Below are positions 48,237-57,045 of a stretch of DNA of 64,000 bases, in pieces. This DNA is from Acidobacteriota bacterium. GTDB taxonomy: Bacteria; Acidobacteriota; UBA6911; RPQK01; JAJDTT01. A model generated the notes under the pieces. The model saw nothing but the letters and a program-made list of their open reading frames with translations, did not search any database and had not been told where the DNA came from. The stretch's first letter is position 1. Every line of letters starts with the position of its first letter. The stretch is taken from assembly GCA_965217775.1 (NCBI GenBank), contig CBDCJH010000002.1:4512001-4576000 (forward strand), written 5' to 3'. Position numbers and translations under genes: made by a program.

Positions 48237-49994
48237 ATGAGCATCATGCCGCCCTCCCAGGCGCGGGCGCACGGCTCCAGCCCGAAGACCGGACTGATCT
48301 CTCCCTGGGGAGATCGACTCGTGGATCTTCCGGCCAGTCCTGAGGAGTCGGAAGAACTCAGGGCTCGGGCTTCCTATCTCCCTTCCCTTCAGTTGTCCCG
48401 GCGGAGTGCGCTGGACCTGGAGCTCATGGCGTCCGGGGCCTTCTCCCCTCTGACCCGTTTCATGAGCCGCGCCGACCACGAGCGGGTGGTGGGTGAGATG
48501 CGGCTGACGGCGGGCGCCCTCTTTCCCGTTCCCGTCGTACTTCCCGCCGCCTCACCGAAGTTTCGGCTGGATACCGAGATCGCCCTCCGGGACTCCAGGA
48601 ACGACTTGCTGGCGATCATGACGGTGGAGGAGATCTACGAGTGGGACGTCCGGGAGACGGCGAAGGGAGTGCTCGGCACTCTGGACATGCGGCACCCTCT
48701 GGTCGCCGAAATGCATGGCTGGGGCGAAGTCAACCTGTCAGGACGGCTCAAGGTGCTGCCTCCTCCCCGCCGGCCCGACTTTGCCGAGTTGCGACTGACC
48801 CCGAGTCAGACGCGTGCCCGTCTGCTGGAGATGAATTTTTCCGACGTGGTCGCCTTTCAGACCCGGAATCCTCTGCACCGGGCTCATGAGGAGCTGACTC
48901 GCCGGGCCATGGACGAGACCGGGGGGGCCTTGCTGCTGCATCCCGTCGTGGGCATGACCCGCCCCGGCGACGTGGACCACTACACGCGGGTCCGGACCTA
49001 CAGGGTGCTGGCCCGGAACTACTACGACTCCAGCCGGGTGCTCTTGAGTCTTCTCCCCCTGGCCATGAGGATGGCCGGTCCCCGCGAGGCGCTCTGGCAC
49101 GCCCTGATTCGAAGAAACTATGGAGCCAACGCCCTGATCGTCGGCCGGGACCACGCCAGTCCGGGAACCGGACGAGGCGGCCTTCCTTTTTACGAGCCTT
49201 ACGAAGCGCAGGAACTGGTGCGGCGTTTCAGCGGTGAGACGGGAGTGAAGATGATTCCCTTCCGGCAACTGGTCTATCTGCCGGACGAGGACCGGTACGA
49301 AGAGGTCGGCCGCGGGCACCCCGCGACTCGGACCGCGTCCATCTCGGGGTCCCAGGTTCGGGACGACTATCTGCGGAAGGGCCGGGACCTTCCCCACTGG
49401 TTCACTCGGCCCGAGGTGGCGGACATCCTGGCCGAGGCCTTTCCGCCGCGCCATCGCCAGGGCGTCTGTATCTGGCTCACCGGATTCAGCGGGTCCGGGA
49501 AGTCGACGACAGCCCAGGTCCTCACGGTTCTGCTCCAGGAACAGGGCAGGAGGGTGACGGTTCTGGACGGCGACGTGGTCCGGACCCATCTCTCCAAAGG
49601 GTTGGGCTTCAGCAAAGAGGACCGGGACACCAACATTCTCCGTATCGGCTTCGTGGCAGCTCAGATCGTCCGGCATGGAGGCACGGTGATCTGCGCCGCG
49701 GTGAGTCCGTACCGGGAAACCCGAAATCAGGTCCGGTCCATGGTGGGAAGCGGCCATTTCGTGGAAGTTTTCGTGGACACTCCCCTCGAGGTCTGCGAGG
49801 AGCGGGACACCAAGGGCATGTACGCCAAGGCCCGGCGCGGAGAAATTCGCGGGTTCACCGGAGTCGACGACCCCTACGAATCTCCCAGGGACCCTGAAAT
49901 CATCCTGGACACGGTGCGGCATTCTCCCCAGGAAAACGCTGAGGGAATAGTGGACCACCTGTTGCGGCGGGGCTTCGTCCGAACGGCGGAGTGA
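48237..49994 (+). CDS. sat: Bifunctional sulfate adenylyltransferase / adenylylsulfate kinase
   Basis: AFQTRNPLHRAH, GRDHA, C-terminal GFSGSGKST, LDGD, DTKGMY, FTGVDDPYE. Confidence 0.93.
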   Translation: MSIMPPSQARAHGSSPKTGLISPWGDRLVDLPASPEESEELRARASYLPSLQLSRRSALDLELMASGAFSPLTRFMSRADHERVVGEMRLTAGALFPVPVVLPAASPKFRLDTEIALRDSRNDLLAIMTVEEIYEWDVRETAKGVLGTLDMRHPLVAEMHGWGEVNLSGRLKVLPPPRRPDFAELRLTPSQTRARLLEMNFSDVVAFQTRNPLHRAHEELTRRAMDETGGALLLHPVVGMTRPGDVDHYTRVRTYRVLARNYYDSSRVLLSLLPLAMRMAGPREALWHALIRRNYGANALIVGRDHASPGTGRGGLPFYEPYEAQELVRRFSGETGVKMIPFRQLVYLPDEDRYEEVGRGHPATRTASISGSQVRDDYLRKGRDLPHWFTRPEVADILAEAFPPRHRQGVCIWLTGFSGSGKSTTAQVLTVLLQEQGRRVTVLDGDVVRTHLSKGLGFSKEDRDTNILRIGFVAAQIVRHGGTVICAAVSPYRETRNQVRSMVGSGHFVEVFVDTPLEVCEERDTKGMYAKARRGEIRGFTGVDDPYESPRDPEIILDTVRHSPQENAEGIVDHLLRRGFVRTAE

Positions 49995-50175
49995 GACCGC
50001 GGCAAGAATCGTCGGGGCATGACCCCGAGAAGTCTATACTTGCCGACATCGAGGTGAGCGAGGACTTCGCCGGTGAGTTGCTGCATGCTCCGGGTGTTCC
50101 CGACCAGCACGAGCCGACCTTCGACTACACCGCCATCCAGTTCAACGCGCAGCCATAGCTGGATCGTGCGGGGGC

Positions 50176-50493
50176 TTGGCCATGAGTTTGGACGATCGAG
50201 AATATGACACCTACGCCCCCGTCCGGATCAGTTGGTTCAACGACAGGATCGAGATTCAAAGTCCCGGCGGACCCTTCGGGATCGTGACCCCCGGCAATTT
50301 CGGGAGGGCTGGGGTCACGGATTACCGAAATCCGAATCTGGCGGACGCAATGAAGGTTCTTGGTTTCGTTCAACGTTTCGGCGTCGGTATCGCCATCGCT
50401 CGAAGAGCGCTACGCGATGAAGGGCACGCCGACCCGGAATTTCTGGTCAATGAAATGTTCGTGACGGCGATCATCAGGGGCAAGCAGAGTTGA
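50176..50493 (+). pseudogene. C-terminal remnant of an AlbA_2/HATPase_c_4 (RecG-C-like) ATP-binding protein
   Basis: DRIEIQSPGG, YRNPNLADAMKVLGFVQRFGVG. The N-terminal majority is absent. The stop overlaps the ParA start. Confidence 0.7.
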
Positions 50494-51506
50494 CTGCTCC
50501 GGTTCTGACTTTTTTCAACATCAAGGGAGGGATGGGAAAGACGTCGCTCGCCTACCACCTGGCCTGGATGCTTTCCGAAATCGGCCGTCCCGTACTGGTT
50601 TGCGATCTGGATCCGCAAGCCAATTTGACCGCTGCGTTTCTGGACGAAGATCGTCTGGACCGCTTATGGAACAGCAACACGGAGACCGATCGCGGTGCGA
50701 CGATCTTCCAATGCGTCAAGCCGTTGCCGAAGGTAGGCGATCTTTTGTCGCCCCGGCTTCATAAGGTCGCCGAGGGTCTCAGTCTGCTGCCGGGCGATCT
50801 GGCTCTGGCCGGCTTCGAACGTACACTTTCCGAGCAATGGCCAAATGCCCTCGGCTCCGAAATGCTCTACCGACCGTTTCGCATCCTCACGGCCTTCTGG
50901 TCCGTCATGAAAGCCGGTACGGATGAGTGCGGTGCAAACGTCATTCTGGTCGATGTCGGCCCCAATTTGGGCGCCATCAACCGCTCCGATCTTATTTCCA
51001 CCGACAAAATCATGGTCCCGCTTGGCGCCGATCTATTCTCCCTGCAGGCCTTGCGGAATCTTGGTCCGACATTGAGCCGCTGGCGTCGTGAATGGGGGAA
51101 ACGACTTGAAAGCTGGTCAGCTCCAAGTTTTCCCCTTCCCAAAGGAAAAATGGAAACGTTGGGCTATACCGTCCAACAGCATGGAATTCGTCTGACCCGT
51201 CCGGTCAAGGCGTATGACAAATGGGTCAACAGGATGCCGGAGGAATACGCCAGAACGATGCTGGACCGGAAATCAGGACCGTTTCCGGAAACGCCGGCCG
51301 AGGACGAAAACTGCCTGGCCACCGTCAAGCACTACCGCAGCCTGGTGCCGATGGCGCAAGAACACCGCAAGCCGATCTTTCACCTGACCGCGGCCGAGGG
51401 CGCCATCGGCGGTCATATGAGCGCCGTTTTGGACGCGGCCCGTGACTTCAGGCAACTGGCCCGACGTATCGCCAAGAGGGCGAATCTCCAAAACTCCGAG
51501 AGCTGA
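50490..51506 (+). CDS. ParA-family ATPase (orphan type)
   Basis: KGGMGKT, DLDPQANLT, LVDVGPNLG. No parB nearby. Confidence 0.88.
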   Translation: MTAPVLTFFNIKGGMGKTSLAYHLAWMLSEIGRPVLVCDLDPQANLTAAFLDEDRLDRLWNSNTETDRGATIFQCVKPLPKVGDLLSPRLHKVAEGLSLLPGDLALAGFERTLSEQWPNALGSEMLYRPFRILTAFWSVMKAGTDECGANVILVDVGPNLGAINRSDLISTDKIMVPLGADLFSLQALRNLGPTLSRWRREWGKRLESWSAPSFPLPKGKMETLGYTVQQHGIRLTRPVKAYDKWVNRMPEEYARTMLDRKSGPFPETPAEDENCLATVKHYRSLVPMAQEHRKPIFHLTAAEGAIGGHMSAVLDAARDFRQLARRIAKRANLQNSES

Positions 51507-51570
51507 ATTGGAGACTCGCTACATGGTCTCAGCATCGCGGCGGTTTTCCGTCCCGACGTGCCACACTCAT

Positions 51571-51780
51571 TTACCTGGGCGGACCCCGCAGGAAGCTCAC
51601 CTGGTGGAAATCCGAGTCCTTCGAGACAATGGTGAGACCGTGGTCCCGGGCGCAACCCCAGATCACGGCGTCGTTCGCTCGGGCCAGTCCGACATCTCGA
51701 ACGTGGACGGACCCCGGATACACATCCGATAGGCCAGCCACGAGACGCGGAGAGACGTTCTGGTCGAAGAAGAGCTTCAC
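51571..51780 (-). pseudogene. DUF5615 PIN-like toxin, C-terminally truncated
   Basis: MKLFFDQNVSPRL...HVRDVGL..ANDAVIW...IVSKDSDF...LRGPP, then a premature stop. Confidence 0.8.
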
Positions 51781-51996
51781 CGGGGCGGTATCGAAACGAG
51801 CCTGCGCTCACGTTTCGCGGCAAACGTCAGCGCTGCCCAGATGTCTTCGCGCTCCAAGTCCGGAAAATCCGCCAGGATTTCCGCTTCTGTCATCCCGGAG
51901 GCCAAGTACTTGAGGATATCGTACACCGTGATCCGGAGCCCGCGAATGCACGGCTTCCCCCCCCCGCTTGTCCGGTTCCAGGGTGATGCGATCCAT
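51777..51996 (-). pseudogene. DUF433 antitoxin frameshifted in a G9 tract
   Basis: Removing one G restores [52 protein letters not shown]..., ending in a GTGA overlap with the toxin. Confidence 0.82.
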
Positions 51997-52038
51997 GCGT
52001 CAAAATACTCTCAGACCGGACCAAGGGTCAAATCTCCG

Positions 52039-52227
52039 TGTCTGGCCACCGTCGAGCACTACCGCAGCCTGGTGCCGATGGCGCAGGAACACCGCAAACC
52101 GATCTTTCAGCTAACCGTGTCCGAGGGCGCCATCGGCGGACATATGAGCGCCGTTTTGGATGCCGCCCGTGATTTCAGGCAACTGGCCCGACGTCTCCCC
52201 AAGAGGGCGAGACTCCAAAACTCCGAG
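52039..52227 (+). repeat. Direct duplicate of the ParA 3' end (51312-51500)
   Basis: CLATVEHYRSLVPMAQEHRKPIF...QNSE, a near-copy with scattered substitutions. Confidence 0.92.
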
Positions 52228-52242
52228 GAATGACGAGGACTC

Positions 52243-53469
52243 TCAAGAGTCGTCCTCCCCTTCGTCGTAGTCTTCGGTGAAAAAAAGCGCATCCTCCATC
52301 CAGCCGGATTCATGGAGCCGGCCCAGGCCTTGATCTTTCCGCAGTTCCCGCACGTTGGGAAGATCGGCAACTCGACGGATAATTGCATCCGAATTGTGTT
52401 CCAAACGGCACACCACGGATGTGTTTTCAAACGTTACATCGTTGATTGCGGCCAACAGCGTCGGTGCGTGAGTCGTCGTGAGCACCTGAATTCCGCCCTT
52501 CTTGGCTTGCCGTTCAATCAGATCCACCAACAGATGCAGTCTTACTGGGTGGATACCGTTGTCCAACTCCTCGAAGAAATACATCCCCTTCGAGTCTTCG
52601 CCGAGCAGCGCGGCCAACATGACGAGAAAGCGCAGAGTACCGTCCGAAGCACTGTAGGCCGAGACGCTCTTGCCACTGGCCTCGCAGAGCATGAGATGGA
52701 CGCGACCGCTCGGATCAGGCGGAAACTCGAAGCCCCGCACATCCATCGGCGTGAGTTCGCGCACCCAACTCGCCAGAATCTCCCCACGCTCGGCATCGGA
52801 ACAGATTTCCTCTAACACCGTCGGTAAATTTTCGCCCGAATCGCCTAACACGTTCGCTCCAGGAAAAGTGGGCTCGCGCATCCGATCCAGCGACGGTTCC
52901 AGAAAACGCATGCTTCCAAGGGCATTGATGACCGGTCTAGTGCGATCCCTATACCGAATCCCTACTTGTCGGCTTTCGCAAAGCTGCGTCAACGCCGGCC
53001 GATCCCGCTTGATGTTGATTCGACGACCATTGTCAAGCTCGATGTATATTTCTTCGTATGGGGTTCGGGGCTTCGTATAGACTTCTTTCTGACCCATGCG
53101 GAGGCATTCATATGTAATCCTGAACCCGGTGGTTCGAAACCGTTCGGGACTGACTTCTATGGAATAGGTAGCCTTCTCATTTCCCAACGTCAGGCCGATC
53201 TCAAGTGCGAACGCAACTCGGCCGAAGCGGATGATTTCGTTTGCGGCACCGCGGATCGGTCGCCACTCGACTCGCCCGTCCGCGCCATATTTTCCGCCGA
53301 TGATCTCCGCCAGCGTATAACCACGGCCGATACCATGGAGGAAACGGAACGCGTCCCGGATGTTGCTCTTGCCGCTGGCGTTGGCGCCTACAACCACGGT
53401 AAACGGCCCGATGCGCAGCGTTTCGTCGGCGAAGTTCTTGAAATCCAAGAGGCGAAGTGACGTGATCAC
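52243..53469 (-). CDS. AAA_21/ABC-like ATPase (defence-island type)
   Basis: VGANASGKSN, SDGTLR, FEELDNGIHP, TTHAP. Confidence 0.88.
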   Translation of the reverse strand: MITSLRLLDFKNFADETLRIGPFTVVVGANASGKSNIRDAFRFLHGIGRGYTLAEIIGGKYGADGRVEWRPIRGAANEIIRFGRVAFALEIGLTLGNEKATYSIEVSPERFRTTGFRITYECLRMGQKEVYTKPRTPYEEIYIELDNGRRINIKRDRPALTQLCESRQVGIRYRDRTRPVINALGSMRFLEPSLDRMREPTFPGANVLGDSGENLPTVLEEICSDAERGEILASWVRELTPMDVRGFEFPPDPSGRVHLMLCEASGKSVSAYSASDGTLRFLVMLAALLGEDSKGMYFFEELDNGIHPVRLHLLVDLIERQAKKGGIQVLTTTHAPTLLAAINDVTFENTSVVCRLEHNSDAIIRRVADLPNVRELRKDQGLGRLHESGWMEDALFFTEDYDEGEDDS

Positions 53470-53515
53470 GCCGGTTCTCCCGATGGGACTGCCGGGATGG
53501 CGTCAGCATTAGAGT

Positions 53516-53591
53516 TGGTGGAGGTAATCGGACTCGAACCGACGACCCCCTGCTTGCAAAGCAGGTGCTCTTCCAGCTGAGCTATACCCCC
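53516..53591 (-). tRNA. tRNA-Ala(TGC)
   Basis: GGGGGTATAGCTCAGCTGGAAGAGCACCTGCTTTGCAAGCAGG...GGTTCGAGTCC...CTCCACCA, 76 nt. Confidence 0.95.
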
Positions 53592-53754
53592 ACCCTGAGC
53601 CGAGAAACCACTGCGAAAGTCACTGGCGACGGCGTTACGTACCCGCCGTGAATTCCGCCATGGGCAACCAGTTTAACAGGGAAGAACGACTGGGCGCGTG
53701 AAAGACGCCCTTCCAATCGGCGCCTGAAAGACGCCGCTCCAGACGCCGTTCGGC

Positions 53755-55737
53755 TTATCCCGAGACGGTGCGGGGCCGGGTGAAGGGCTCCTCCAGGTAT
53801 TTCTTGGCCTCGGCCTGGGCGCCGTTGTAATCGATCTTGCTGTTGGCGGCCTTGCGGTATTCCGACTTGGCCCGCTCCCGCTGGCCCAGAATGTCGTAGA
53901 TCTTGCCCAGGTAGATGTGGATCCAGGTCTCGATCCAGGGAGGATTCAGGTTCCCGTTGAGCGACTCCCGGAAGGCGTTGGCCGAATTGGAAAAGCTGTG
54001 CTGCTGGAAGAACACCTCACCCAGCCGATAGCTGGCCATGGAGCTTCTGAGGTCCATCTCCTTGGCCTTCTCGAATTCCTGGATCGCCGCGACGAACTCC
54101 GACTTTCGCTGGTAGTCCTCGCCCAGCGCGATGTGGACCAGGACTCGCATCCGGTCCGAATCGTTCAGGATCTTCCCGTTGGGATCCACCACCACCCGTA
54201 GAGGCCGGTTCTGCATATCGAGCTTGAACGAGGTGGAGCGGCCTCCGATGACCAATTTGTCGTCCTTTGCCTCACCCTTGGTCTCGATTCGCAGGTCGGC
54301 CGGCATGCGGAAGAGGTCGATGTCCTGCTTCACCTGCCCCCGGATCTGGAAGCTCCCGTCTCTCATCTTGTAGATGTTGTAGTCGACCTTGAACTCGGGG
54401 ACTCCGACCGACTCGACCCACTGGACGAAGAACCAGCCATAGTCGTCGCCGGTCTTCCGTTGGACGAAGTCGACGAATTCGGAGAGGCCGGTTTCCTGGT
54501 CCTTCCGCTCCTGGTACCACTCTTTGAAATATCCGTTGAAATCGTCCCGCCCGATGAGCTGACCCAACATGTAGAGCACCCAGGCTCCCTTGCTGCCGAC
54601 GATGGACTCGTACTGGACAGAGCCGGGCTTGAAGGTGAGGCCCTCGGTGATAGTCGCCAGCTTCTGGTGCTTCATGGCGTCCACCGCCTCCAGCGCCAAC
54701 ACGGCACGAAAATCGTCGGCGCGGTTCATCTCCATGTAGCGGAGAGCGGCATAGGTGCAGAAGCCTTCTCGGAGAAAGACGTCCCGGTCCCCTTTCAGGC
54801 GCACCGAGTAACCCCACCAATGACGGGCCAGCCGCTTGGCCAACTCCATCACCGGCATCCGCTTGGCCTCGAGCATTCCCGATTCCAGCAATATCAGGCC
54901 GAACGACCCGGAGGTCTCCAATTCGACCTTGCCCACCGAGACCAGGTCCAGACTGGACAGCGGGCTGGGTCCGTACTCCTGGTTGTAGAATTCCAGGATT
55001 TTTTCGATCTCCTGGGCCCAGGGAGTCAAGTCGCCCTTGAAATCGTCCCTCACGTGGAAGCTGACCGGGACCGGACCCTCGTTGAAGGTCTGGCGGAGGA
55101 ATTGGGAGATCACCACGGGGATCTCGGTCAGGGGGAAGTCACTCGTCCAATTGAAGACTTCGGTGACGCCCTCGGTCCGGATCGACTCCAGGCGGCCGGG
55201 CGCTACGGCCGAGAATCCGAGGGGAACCCGGACCGATACCTTGGCCGTCGCCGAGTCCAAGGGGAGCAGGTGCTGCGGGAACCAGCGGCCTTCGGTCAGG
55301 AGCAGGGCTCCGTCGGGGGAGATCACGGCCTTCTCGGTACGGGCGACGTTCAGGAAGGCGAATTCATCGCCTTCCAGATTCCCCTCGAACCGGAAGCTGA
55401 GCGTTACCTCGGTCCCCGGATTGAGGGACTTGGGGCCCTGGACCCTCATGTTCTTCCGGTTCAGGTCGTCGAATCGGGTCGAGTACCGGTTCCCGTCCTG
55501 GTCCGTGGTCGACAGAATGCTGAGCTGGTTGTTGAAATCGAAGGGAACGCTGAGGATGTTCTCCAAGACCTTGAAGGTGACCCGGGCCGTCCCCTCCAGG
55601 AAACGCTCCTGGGGGTCCACCTCCACCTCGATGTCGTAATGGCTCACATCCAGCAGGCGCGGTCCGGCGGGAGCCGTCTGCGCCCAGGCCAGAGCATTTC
55701 CCAGAACCAGAAGAGAAATCGCAGTCAGCATTTTCAT
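53755..55737 (-). CDS. M1 aminopeptidase-like protein with C-terminal TPRs (catalytic motif degenerate)
   Basis: DVSHYDIEV, EGFCTY, KGAWVLYML, FFVQWV, VDP. HExxH is replaced by KRLARH. Confidence 0.8.
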   Translation of the reverse strand: MKMLTAISLLVLGNALAWAQTAPAGPRLLDVSHYDIEVEVDPQERFLEGTARVTFKVLENILSVPFDFNNQLSILSTTDQDGNRYSTRFDDLNRKNMRVQGPKSLNPGTEVTLSFRFEGNLEGDEFAFLNVARTEKAVISPDGALLLTEGRWFPQHLLPLDSATAKVSVRVPLGFSAVAPGRLESIRTEGVTEVFNWTSDFPLTEIPVVISQFLRQTFNEGPVPVSFHVRDDFKGDLTPWAQEIEKILEFYNQEYGPSPLSSLDLVSVGKVELETSGSFGLILLESGMLEAKRMPVMELAKRLARHWWGYSVRLKGDRDVFLREGFCTYAALRYMEMNRADDFRAVLALEAVDAMKHQKLATITEGLTFKPGSVQYESIVGSKGAWVLYMLGQLIGRDDFNGYFKEWYQERKDQETGLSEFVDFVQRKTGDDYGWFFVQWVESVGVPEFKVDYNIYKMRDGSFQIRGQVKQDIDLFRMPADLRIETKGEAKDDKLVIGGRSTSFKLDMQNRPLRVVVDPNGKILNDSDRMRVLVHIALGEDYQRKSEFVAAIQEFEKAKEMDLRSSMASYRLGEVFFQQHSFSNSANAFRESLNGNLNPPWIETWIHIYLGKIYDILGQRERAKSEYRKAANSKIDYNGAQAEAKKYLEEPFTRPRTVSG

Positions 55738-55741
55738 GGCA

Positions 55742-56953
55742 TCACTCCTGCAGATAACGGCGGACCTGCATCGCGGCTTCACGATACGCGTTCTGCCGGC
55801 CCAGACGGCCGGCGGCCTTTCCTAATTTCTTCCTGACGCTCGCCCTCTCTCCCTCGTCAGTGAGGAGCCGTACCAGGTAGCGGCCGATGGTCCGTCCCCG
55901 GGCTTGCCACTGAATGAACTCGGGTACGATGCGTTCGCCCATGACCAGGTTGGTCAGAGAGTAGGTCCGGGTCCGGACCAGCAGACGGGCGAATATCCAT
56001 GTCGGCCACGACATCCGGTAGACCATGGCGAACGGAACGCGCAGCAACGTGGCTTCCAATGTAGAGGTCCCACTTTTGATTATGGCACAGTCGGTCCGGG
56101 GAAGGACTTGGGCCGTATCCTCCTCCCGGAACTCCAGGGGCAAGGGCTTGCCTCGCCGTCCCAGCCAGCTCCGGTAGACTCTTTTCAACTCCTCGAGCGG
56201 GACGTCCGGAGCCTTGACTACCCAGTACCGGGCCTGGCAGCGGCGGGAAGCATATCGGGCCGCGTCCAGCAACCGCGGGAAGATTCGCCGCACCTCCTGG
56301 ATCCGGCTGCCCGGCAACAAGGCCACCACCGGCTCCTCCTGGGGCCCGGAGCCGCCACCGGGCGCTACTTCTCGAAGCCGCTCCAGCGACGGATTCCCCA
56401 CGTAGCGAGCGTCGACGCCCCGGCTCCGAAAGTAATCCTGCTCGAAGGGAAAGACGGCCAGCACGAGGTCCACGTCCCTCCGAATCTGGCGGACGCGCGA
56501 AGAGCGCCAAGCCCAGACCTGGGGTGCAATGAAGTATACGACCGTCACACCCGCCTGTTTCAGACGGCGGGCCAGCCTCAGATTGAAATCGGGGAAGTCG
56601 ACCAGGATGGCAAGTCTGGTCCGGCGCAACCGGACCTCCCGGAGAAGGTTCCGGTACAGCTTCCAATAGCTGGACAGATTCCCGGCCGCCTCCCAGGGAC
56701 CGATGGCGGCGAGCTTGGAAACGTCCTCCAGCAGGTCGACACCCGCCTGGGACATTTTTCGGCTTCCGCTGCCGAACCACTGGATCCGGACCGTGGGGCA
56801 GAGCCGGTCGACTTCCCGGACCAGGGCCGCGGCATGCTGTTCGCCGGAGGTTTCTCCGGCCACCACCAAAACGGAGACTCTTGGAATCACATCCATTGGA
56901 CTGGACGGGGCGGCGGAAGTTTCACGCGGCTGAGATTTTTCGCGAGAGGTCAT
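55742..56953 (-). CDS. lpxB: Lipid-A-disaccharide synthase
   Basis: VAGETSGE, VDFPDFN, PQVWAWR, FPFE, YVGNP, LLPGSR, SGTSTLE. Confidence 0.93.
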   Translation of the reverse strand: MTSREKSQPRETSAAPSSPMDVIPRVSVLVVAGETSGEQHAAALVREVDRLCPTVRIQWFGSGSRKMSQAGVDLLEDVSKLAAIGPWEAAGNLSSYWKLYRNLLREVRLRRTRLAILVDFPDFNLRLARRLKQAGVTVVYFIAPQVWAWRSSRVRQIRRDVDLVLAVFPFEQDYFRSRGVDARYVGNPSLERLREVAPGGGSGPQEEPVVALLPGSRIQEVRRIFPRLLDAARYASRRCQARYWVVKAPDVPLEELKRVYRSWLGRRGKPLPLEFREEDTAQVLPRTDCAIIKSGTSTLEATLLRVPFAMVYRMSWPTWIFARLLVRTRTYSLTNLVMGERIVPEFIQWQARGRTIGRYLVRLLTDEGERASVRKKLGKAAGRLGRQNAYREAAMQVRRYLQE

Positions 56954-57045
56954 TTCGGCCTGCAGCGAAAGTCGGTGCCCGGTGGTCCCGGTCGGCGGTT
57001 GGAAACCACGGTTTCTGTCCGGCGGTTGGAAACCGCCGCTCCGTG

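Noticed and set aside
50020-50158. Short reading frame DPEKSILADIEV...QFNAQP*
   Set aside because: No start codon or recognisable family, so it cannot be supported as a gene.
50490-51506. Chromosome or plasmid partition locus
   Set aside because: No parB, parS or rep gene. The protein is of the orphan accessory ParA type.
49995-53591. Intact integrative element at tRNA-Ala
   Set aside because: No integrase, and no duplicated tRNA 3' end was seen at the left border.
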